Position numbers and translations under genes: made by a program
The notes under the pieces: model-generated
Database searches by the model: none
The model's input: the letters and a program-made list of their open reading frames with translations, nothing else
Told to the model about the DNA's origin: nothing
In this document: positions 57,430-64,000 of the stretch, piece after piece
Layout of the letters: each line of letters starts with the position of its first letter
How positions within the stretch are numbered: the stretch's first letter is position 1
DNA from: Candidatus Micrarchaeota archaeon
GTDB taxonomy: Archaea > Micrarchaeota > Micrarchaeia > Anstonellales > Bilamarchaeaceae
Assembly (NCBI GenBank): GCA_038046765.1
Contig: JBBSVN010000004.1
Coordinates: forward strand, 130,844-194,843
DNA: 64,000 nt
Direction of reading: 5' to 3'

Positions 57430-58072
57430 AAATATCCTCACCTTTTACAAACGATAAGTTGTTTTTCTTTGCGAATAGGATTGCGTCTTTGACAGGTAAT
57501 GCAAATCCATCGCTAAGCATTTCGCATAGTACTACTGCACCATCTAAATTAGCGCGTTTAGCTAGTTCTATTGATAATTCAGTGTGCCCTCTTCTATTTT
57601 CAATTCCTTTAGAAACACAAATGGGTAAATGTCCGGGCGTTCTAAAATTATTATCAAAAAAATCCTTTCTGTCTTGTTTGGTTTTTTGCGAAAACACTTT
57701 TGAAAATTCTTTTATAGCTAAAGCTTTATCGTTATCAGTTACTCCTGTATGCGCTTTTACATGATTAACCGGAACAGTATACGGCGGCGTATCCGCATAA
57801 TTAGTTTTTATGTATGTATTTTTTATTCCGCGTTCTCGAAATAAGTCATGTAGAAAAGGTAATTCAAGTTCGTTTGCAATTTCTTTTCCGATTGCCAAAA
57901 CAATGCTGCCCCCAGCGTTTTTTCTTAAGTAATTGGTTTTTTCACTAGTTATTGCACTAGCGTGAATTATTAGGTCTGCTTCGCCTTCCCGTTTGTCGCT
58001 ATCGTAAAGAACTACAAAATTACCTTTTTTGAGCGAGTCTATTGCTAAGGCTAAGGAATTTTTATCTACCAT
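57419..58072 (-). CDS. ribB: 3,4-dihydroxy-2-butanone 4-phosphate synthase (archaeal type)
   Basis: YDSDKREGEAD, TGVTDND, FRTPGH, RRGHTE, CEML. Confidence 0.94.
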   Translation of the reverse strand: MVDKNSLALAIDSLKKGNFVVLYDSDKREGEADLIIHASAITSEKTNYLRKNAGGSIVLAIGKEIANELELPFLHDLFRERGIKNTYIKTNYADTPPYTVPVNHVKAHTGVTDNDKALAIKEFSKVFSQKTKQDRKDFFDNNFRTPGHLPICVSKGIENRRGHTELSIELAKRANLDGAVVLCEMLSDGFALPVKDAILFAKKNNLSFVKGEDIYGK

Positions 58073-58137
58073 ATCACAAATATAACTGCTTACTTATAAA
58101 TAGGTAACTACCAGAAAAATGGTAAATAAATGATTAA

Positions 58138-58881
58138 TTAGTAATCCTTTTGTTCTTCAACAGTTCTTTCGATAAAAAGCATTTGACGATTGTCATTAAT
58201 TTTTATAACGAGTAATGCGTTAGAACTCCTGACATCTTTAACAAAAAATTGGACAGTAGAACTAAATGCATTTATGTTTAGAGGTTTTTCTGGAGAAATC
58301 GTATCCTGATCTAATGATTTACTTTCAAATAACTGATTTGCTTTTTTGTAACTTAAAGTACCAAAAATAGAATCACCTGGTGTGTACGCACTAACAAAGT
58401 ATTCGACTTTTATTGAAGAAGGCGTAACGTCAATAACGCGAACGCCAGTTAATCCAATTTCATCAGAATTTAATGATAGAAAAACTGCGCCAATTTTTGG
58501 AGAATAACCACCTTTAAAAATCTGGCTTTGATCAGCAATTACTTCGGGCGGTTTTGTAACTGCTCGTTTTAATAATTCGTCAAAATGCTTCTGACCTTGA
58601 TAGGGGGGATTAGAATAGCATTCATCTTCAGTTGGAATCTGGTGATCGCATACGTTGTATGGTTTAGTATTAGATATTGAAAGGGGTGGTTCTGGTTCAG
58701 GCTTTTTAATTACAGAATTTATTCTTACTGTTGAAGAGATAGCAGCTTGCGGATTGTTCTTTTTGAATATAAAATTAGGTACGACCCCCAAGAAGAATGC
58801 TGCAGTCCCTAACCCAAGAATGGCTCTAATGGTTCTAGTTTGAATTGAGTGTTGACGAATAAGTCTTAGTTTTAATGACAT
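58138..58881 (-). CDS. hypothetical membrane-anchored protein
   Basis: Basic N-terminus followed by one TM segment. Confidence 0.65.
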   Translation of the reverse strand: MSLKLRLIRQHSIQTRTIRAILGLGTAAFFLGVVPNFIFKKNNPQAAISSTVRINSVIKKPEPEPPLSISNTKPYNVCDHQIPTEDECYSNPPYQGQKHFDELLKRAVTKPPEVIADQSQIFKGGYSPKIGAVFLSLNSDEIGLTGVRVIDVTPSSIKVEYFVSAYTPGDSIFGTLSYKKANQLFESKSLDQDTISPEKPLNINAFSSTVQFFVKDVRSSNALLVIKINDNRQMLFIERTVEEQKDY

Positions 58882-58946
58882 AATATTTCAGCATAATAGT
58901 ACATGTAAAGAAACAAATAAAAAGGAGTGGGATTAGTTGGTTAATT

Positions 58947-59366
58947 CTACTTGCCAGGATAGTCACAAGAAACAGAAGCTCGGGCAGAGGCATAATCAAA
59001 TGAATCTATGATAACTTGTAATTTGCCTCCTTCAGGATATGACATAACAAATATCCCTTTTCTTAAAGGATATTTTGCACCAAATTCGAATATACCATCT
59101 ATACTACGAACAAATGGTGAAACAAGTAGTGATGCTGAATCAAAGTCAACAACTTTCCATCCTTTTTTAATTAAAGGCTCTTTGATATCTGGGCGTGTAC
59201 AGAACTCCGTATCTTTTTGTAATAAAACAGGATCAGTACGATAAGTTAAAGGAACTTGATTATTGCATGCCGGCGCAACTAGAACAGCCGCTGCTAGAAA
59301 TGCGTTTCTTAAAATTCTTGTTGTGTTGGATCTTGAAATTCGTGCTAAAAAAGTTTGAGTTGTCAT
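58947..59366 (-). CDS. hypothetical lipoprotein-like protein
   Basis: Basic leader, hydrophobic stretch, APAC; GGTG SD. Confidence 0.6.
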   Translation of the reverse strand: MTTQTFLARISRSNTTRILRNAFLAAAVLVAPACNNQVPLTYRTDPVLLQKDTEFCTRPDIKEPLIKKGWKVVDFDSASLLVSPFVRSIDGIFEFGAKYPLRKGIFVMSYPEGGKLQVIIDSFDYASARASVSCDYPGK

Positions 59367-59413
59367 GTAAACACCATATAAATACATGTAGCAAAACAAA
59401 TAAAAAGACGTTG

Positions 59414-60220
59414 TTAACACTTCTTTCCGCTAGCGTCCCGCATACATGAGCCAAAGTCCTTGAATTTTAATGCCTCTTTTGCGCTAAAGATTGGACCGTC
59501 CCTGCAAGCTAGTTTGCCATCAACTGCGCATGCACCACAAATATTTATTCCGCATTTCATGTAGCGCTCGATACTAACTTCGCATGGAATGTTTTTTTCA
59601 ACGCAATATTTAGCTAAGTAATACATCATTTTTTCTGGGCCGCAGGAATAGATTGCATCGAATGTTTTTCCTTTTTGTTCAATTAGATGTTTAACTCCAT
59701 CTAGTGCATTTCCCTTAAGTCCCATATTTCCATCATCAGTAGTCACTAGAACTTCGCTTCCTAAATTTTCAAAGTTCTTAGCATAAATGATATCTTCCTT
59801 TTTCCTTGCTCCGATTATTGCAGTTGATTTAACTCCTTGTTCTTTTGCAACTTTTGCTAGAAAAGCTAATGGAACGACTCCGTAACCCCCGCCAACTAAT
59901 AAAATGTTTTTAGCATTTTTTGGAATCGAAAACCCGTTTCCAATCGGACCACGAAAACTAATTAAATCGCCCTCTTTGGAATTGTGAAGGGCGGAACTTA
60001 CTTTTCCGACATTTGCTACAGTTAAACTAAGCGGATTAGCGCTTCCTATACTCATTGGTCGCTCGCCAACATGCGGAATCCAAAGCATAAGAAATTGACC
60101 TGGTTTAGCATTAACGCTAGCGCTAAATTCGAATGTTTTTATTCGGTAGTTCTCATCTAGAACTTTGGCAATTTTGCATGTTTGCATTTTGTAAGTTGAT
60201 TTAGTTGGGGATAAATCCAT
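59414..60220 (-). CDS. pyrK: dihydroorotate dehydrogenase electron transfer subunit
   Basis: PGQF, RPMS, RGPIGNGF, GGGYG, CGP, ERYMKCGINICGAC...CRDGP. Confidence 0.94.
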   Translation of the reverse strand: MDLSPTKSTYKMQTCKIAKVLDENYRIKTFEFSASVNAKPGQFLMLWIPHVGERPMSIGSANPLSLTVANVGKVSSALHNSKEGDLISFRGPIGNGFSIPKNAKNILLVGGGYGVVPLAFLAKVAKEQGVKSTAIIGARKKEDIIYAKNFENLGSEVLVTTDDGNMGLKGNALDGVKHLIEQKGKTFDAIYSCGPEKMMYYLAKYCVEKNIPCEVSIERYMKCGINICGACAVDGKLACRDGPIFSAKEALKFKDFGSCMRDASGKKC

Positions 60221-60281
60221 AAATAAGAATAAATCTAAAAATAGATAAAAACCAATCGTTTTGTGAAACGAAGTTGAAGAG

Positions 60282-61403
60282 CTAAGCGAGTTTTGTCGGG
60301 ACTGTTTTTAATTTTTTATTCGAGAAAGCTGCGAGAGCGGAATTAACTTCTTCTTGCTTAGTGTTAAGAACAAAACCATCTGGAATATCTCCAGTATCCG
60401 GTTTGCCAAATTCTTCTGTCATTACTTTTTGGAAAACTTCTAAGAATTCTTTGCCGTCTGACCAGCCAATCTTTTTCATTTTGTCAAATGCAGATTTCAA
60501 TCGAATTTTAAGGAGATCATTAATAATACCTACTTCTTTGAAAAATTTGTCTAGATTAACACCGCCAAATAATTGGTTGCTGGTAAAAAGATCCATAATT
60601 CCATGTGTACTTTGAAATAATTCTCTTCCTCTTTTTTCTTCGAAACTAAATAATTGATCTTGTTTAAAATAGTTTTTTATCCAAGGACCAATAAGGTAAA
60701 TCAAGTACTCTGTAGTTGCATACTCCTTTATGAATTCAAATTCCTTACCCTTAAACTGCCTCAGGTTATGCGCTGCATTTCTTAAGCCTTCGCTCAGGCT
60801 TTCCATCTGTTTAGCATCCTTTAAATTGAATGGAAGGGCATAGGTACCTAAATTGATGAAAGTTGCAAGTTCAGATAACGAATTATCAGAGCCATTTATC
60901 AAACCCAAAGCATGCGTTCCTTCATGAACCCCGCCATTAAATCCTGACAAAAATGTTTGAATATCTCCAACTTTTTCGTATTTTTCAAAGTTTCTTGAAC
61001 TTTCAAATATAGAATTGTGTTCTTTACTCCAACCGAGTCCGAATACCATCCCGGGAAAATTATTGTCATTTAGTTTTGGAAAATCTTGTTTTTCGGATTT
61101 TTTATATATAGAAGCAATGTAACGAACCCCTAGCCATACCCCTAGCCAAACGTGAGCCGTTTTTTTACTATCAGCATATTTCAGATCAACCTTTTTCGTT
61201 CGGATATCTTCCTTCAAATCTTTCAAAAGTTGTTGATCATTCTTCTTTAACCATTCAAAAAATTTAGTAAACCTTGGGCTTTGTGTTACGTTAGTTCCTA
61301 CATAATATTTTTCAAGAGGTTCTCTTAGAAGCTGATCTAAAGATTTAATATTATCAACGTAACTAGCAAAGAAATCCTGCTTTGACTTTTCAAGAAGTGC
61401 CAT
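60282..61403 (-). CDS. hypothetical protein with a HExxH motif
   Basis: VHEGTHALG...SLSELAT. Confidence 0.65.
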   Translation of the reverse strand: MALLEKSKQDFFASYVDNIKSLDQLLREPLEKYYVGTNVTQSPRFTKFFEWLKKNDQQLLKDLKEDIRTKKVDLKYADSKKTAHVWLGVWLGVRYIASIYKKSEKQDFPKLNDNNFPGMVFGLGWSKEHNSIFESSRNFEKYEKVGDIQTFLSGFNGGVHEGTHALGLINGSDNSLSELATFINLGTYALPFNLKDAKQMESLSEGLRNAAHNLRQFKGKEFEFIKEYATTEYLIYLIGPWIKNYFKQDQLFSFEEKRGRELFQSTHGIMDLFTSNQLFGGVNLDKFFKEVGIINDLLKIRLKSAFDKMKKIGWSDGKEFLEVFQKVMTEEFGKPDTGDIPDGFVLNTKQEEVNSALAAFSNKKLKTVPTKLA

Positions 61404-61524
61404 TAGTGAGTACTGTCATGAAAGGATATTTATAAGTTTGGAAAGAACACGCTTAACATGAGATAAAGTACTTTTCGATACCATCTTGTCTAATCATTTG
61501 ACAAAATCATACGATAGTTAGTTT

Positions 61525-61860
61525 TTAAGCCAGCTTCGTCCCATTTGAAATCTTTCGCTCAACTGTCGCAAGCACAACTTCTCCATTCTCCAGAATAAAT
61601 CCAGTAGTTAAAACTTCAGAAGTAAAATTTGCGATTTGTTTTTTAGGAAAGTTAACTACACACAAAACTTGCTTACCAACGAGTTCTTCTTTCGAATAGA
61701 GTTTAGTTATTTGCGCGCTTGATTGCTTAACTCCCAGTTCACCTAAATCAACCCAAAGCTTATAAGCAGGTTTTTTAGCTTCTGGAAAATCCTCAACTTT
61801 AATTATAGTACCAGAACGGATTTCGATTTTTTCAAAATCTGACCACGTAATTTCTTGCAT
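61525..61860 (-). CDS. csaA: CsaA-like tRNA-binding/chaperone protein
   Basis: [30 protein letters not shown]. Confidence 0.93.
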   Translation of the reverse strand: MQEITWSDFEKIEIRSGTIIKVEDFPEAKKPAYKLWVDLGELGVKQSSAQITKLYSKEELVGKQVLCVVNFPKKQIANFTSEVLTTGFILENGEVVLATVERKISNGTKLA

Positions 61861-61995
61861 ATATAGCTATAACAATAGAGTATTAAAAATTGTTAATTTT
61901 TAACCGAAAAACAACAGAAACATATTTATACCACATAACAAGCGAACAGTAGTAATGGTAGGTTACAGAAATGTAGAATAGCGGGGTTTGTTTAA

Positions 61996-62244
61996 ATGAC
62001 GACGTATGTAGAATTAGGGGCATTAATAGTTGCATTATTCTTGCTCTATCTTTTAATGAGATTTCTAAAAAACCCATCACACATACTTGCAAATTCGATA
62101 TTAGGAATTATCGCATTTCTTATTTTGGATCTATTTGGGTTTGGAATTCCAATAAACATTATTTCGGTTGGAATTGTAGCTATTGGAGGCTTAACTGGAC
62201 TTTTATTGATAATAATTTTGCACATTTTGGGAATTGGTTTCTAG
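61996..62244 (+). CDS. BofA-like small membrane protein
   Basis: NSILG...IPINIISVGIVAIGGLTG pattern; 3 TM segments. Confidence 0.75.
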   Translation: MTTYVELGALIVALFLLYLLMRFLKNPSHILANSILGIIAFLILDLFGFGIPINIISVGIVAIGGLTGLLLIIILHILGIGF

Positions 62245-62254
62245 GTGAAAATTT

Positions 62255-62413
62255 ATGAATAAAAAAAAGAGGAAATATGAAACGAAAATACAAACACGCA
62301 TTGCAAAACTAGCCCAAAAAATAAAAAAAATTGCGAGTAGTACCGAAATAATTGGGAAAGGAGTTGAAAATACTCTTGTCAAATTACAGCATAAGCACAA
62401 AACGCGTTCATAA
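62255..62413 (+). CDS. small basic hypothetical protein
   Basis: 52-aa Lys-rich ORF after a GGTGA SD. Confidence 0.4.
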   Translation: MNKKKRKYETKIQTRIAKLAQKIKKIASSTEIIGKGVENTLVKLQHKHKTRS

Positions 62414-62441
62414 ATGTTTTGAAGATATTAAAAGTAGTTAC

Positions 62442-63083
62442 TTATTTTATTTTTAATTTCTCATAAGTTTCTTTGGAGATGCACGCCACCCCCGAGTCAA
62501 TGGACCAAACGGTGATGGCAACAACGCCACGTCGGCCGTAGAAGTAGCTGACGTCGCGAACGACAAAACCCGAATATTTATCTGATCGGTATAAGCACCG
62601 CGCATCAGGATCAGATTCATTAGATGGTACGCCAGTTGGAATACCAAACTCGTCTTTTTTATACCAGCCATTTTTTGTATGAAGTCTGATTTCTTTTGTT
62701 TTTCCATCCTGTTTTATTATGCAATTTTCTCCATCTAAATCTACCCATGTTCCAGTTCTGCATGGAAATAATCCTAATTTCTCGTATTTTTCCCTTAATT
62801 TTGGACTTTGTAAAATCTTATCAATAATACTGTTTGGCAAAATTACAAAATCTAGTCTTTCTAACTCCAAGGTTTGTTCTAGGTTTAAGTTGTGGAATAT
62901 TTCTATTCGATCATTTTCAAGGTCTAGTTTTGACCAGATAGGTCTTGGAATTAAGGAGTGTATTTGACCCATTTGTTCTGGCGGAATAGGTTTTCTTACG
63001 ATTGATTCATCAACAAAATGAGGTGCTGCTCTAGAAATTGGGATAACTTTTGCACCTTTAGCTGGGTCTTTGTACCTAAACAT
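62442..63083 (-). CDS. stand-alone putative DGR target protein, paralog of the kinase C-terminal domain
   Basis: Shares WSKLDL, NLNLEQTL, ILQxPKLREKY, LFPCRTGT, QDGKTKEI, KNGWYK.DEFGIP, KYSG, GVAC and TYEKL with 6479-8281. Confidence 0.85.
   Translation of the reverse strand: MFRYKDPAKGAKVIPISRAAPHFVDESIVRKPIPPEQMGQIHSLIPRPIWSKLDLENDRIEIFHNLNLEQTLELERLDFVILPNSIIDKILQSPKLREKYEKLGLFPCRTGTWVDLDGENCIIKQDGKTKEIRLHTKNGWYKKDEFGIPTGVPSNESDPDARCLYRSDKYSGFVVRDVSYFYGRRGVVAITVWSIDSGVACISKETYEKLKIK
62482..62574 (-). other. putative DGR variable region 2
   Basis: 49 of 80 nt are G/C in 62481-62560; 15 of 27 codons end in C; ends in GGGGTGGCGTG. Confidence 0.68.
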
Positions 63084-63090
63084 AAGTAAA

Positions 63091-63123
63091 ATGTGTCAAA
63101 AAGTGTTTAAAAGGTTATGCTTT
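63091..63123 (-). promoter_or_regulatory. BRE/TATA promoter shared with 8290-8322
   Basis: 32/33 identity to 8290-8322. Confidence 0.75.
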
Positions 63124-63161
63124 AAGATTAAAAATTAAATAAAACTCAAATCAGAACTAGT

Positions 63162-64000
63162 TTATTTATGTGCTATCCCAAGAATCTCTTTAACCGAACT
63201 ATAATTGTGTTCTTTAAGCCAGTTTTCCATTTCCTTTGCTACTTTCTTAAAAACATTCGTGCCACGATAGTGAACCGCAGTTCCAATAGCTACTGCGCTA
63301 GCACCTGCTTGTAAATATTCAATTGCATCAGCTCCGTAAGTTACTCCTCCACATCCAATTATTGGAATTTTTACCGCTTTGTAAATATCATAAACGCATC
63401 GCATCGTAATTGGTTTAAGTGCTGGCCCGCTTAATCCGCCACGACCAAAACCTAAAACTGGCGCATGCCGTTCAATATCAATAACCATTCCAGGACCTAA
63501 GGTATTTCCAACATCAATTGCATTAGCTCCCGCGTTTTCGATTGCTTTAGCAGTTTCAACTTCGCCCGGAACTCCAGGAGAAATTTTAACTATTAAATTT
63601 AAAGCAGGTAGATGCTTTCGAATTTGTATAATTATTTCTTTTGCATTCTCTGGAGTCTGCTGTCCTGCCATTAACCCATATTCAGGAGTGTGAGGACAAG
63701 ACAAGACAATTTCAAGCGCATCAACACGCATACCTGATTTTATTTTATTAGAAATTTTTTCTGCTAAAACACCGTATTCGTTTGCGCTTTTTGCAGTAAT
63801 ACTTAGAACAAAAGATTCTAATTTATTCCACCCGTTAAACTCTTCTAAGCCAGCATCAATACAGGGATTGGAATATCCAACGGCATTGAGAAATCCGCCA
63901 TTAGTTTCAACCATTATTGGTGTTTCATGACCTTTGCGTTCTTCTAAGGTAAGGGACTTACAGATGACTGCGCCCGCACCATTTTTGCAAACTTCTTCTA
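63162..64000 (-). CDS. pyrD: dihydroorotate dehydrogenase catalytic subunit (5' end beyond the window)
   Basis: GAGAVICKS, NAVGYSNP, SCPH, VKISP, NT, GGLSG, IIGCGG; frame open to the window edge. Confidence 0.95.
   Translation of the reverse strand, partial: EEVCKNGAGAVICKSLTLEERKGHETPIMVETNGGFLNAVGYSNPCIDAGLEEFNGWNKLESFVLSITAKSANEYGVLAEKISNKIKSGMRVDALEIVLSCPHTPEYGLMAGQQTPENAKEIIIQIRKHLPALNLIVKISPGVPGEVETAKAIENAGANAIDVGNTLGPGMVIDIERHAPVLGFGRGGLSGPALKPITMRCVYDIYKAVKIPIIGCGGVTYGADAIEYLQAGASAVAIGTAVHYRGTNVFKKVAKEMENWLKEHNYSSVKEILGIAHK

Noticed and set aside
1..64000. DGR reverse transcriptase or template repeat within the window
   Set aside because: No RT motifs in any ORF and no AAC-rich non-coding copy of either variable region found by eye; they would have to lie elsewhere

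Overview
AT-rich archaeal chromosomal window. The gene set (aCPSF1/FttA next to proteasome beta, aIF5B, archaeal RibC, multi-intron tRNAs, stand-alone 5S rRNA, GGTGA Shine-Dalgarno sites and TATA promoters) points to a DPANN-type archaeon, possibly Micrarchaeota (inference). Housekeeping genes are interspersed with many orphan genes. Main observations: (1) the RNase HII gene is split inside its catalytic GIDE-x-GRG motif by a 37-nt frameshifting insertion that folds into a bulge-helix-bulge splice motif, i.e. a candidate tRNA-type intron in an mRNA, directly downstream of a free-standing double-motif LAGLIDADG gene; (2) two genes about 55 kb apart, one a membrane Ser/Thr kinase, share a 33-bp promoter and a C-terminal domain ending in a GC-rich, NNC-codon-rich segment typical of diversity-generating retroelement (DGR) variable regions, with no RT or template repeat seen in the window; (3) two AlbA_2/Schlafen-HATPase-wHTH genes are each bracketed by their own palindromic direct repeat about 1.4 kb apart; (4) tRNA-Trp with three introns and tRNA-Thr with two; (5) a mosaic riboflavin operon with a RibC-RibH fusion. 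All calls come from reading motifs by eye; no database searches were run.
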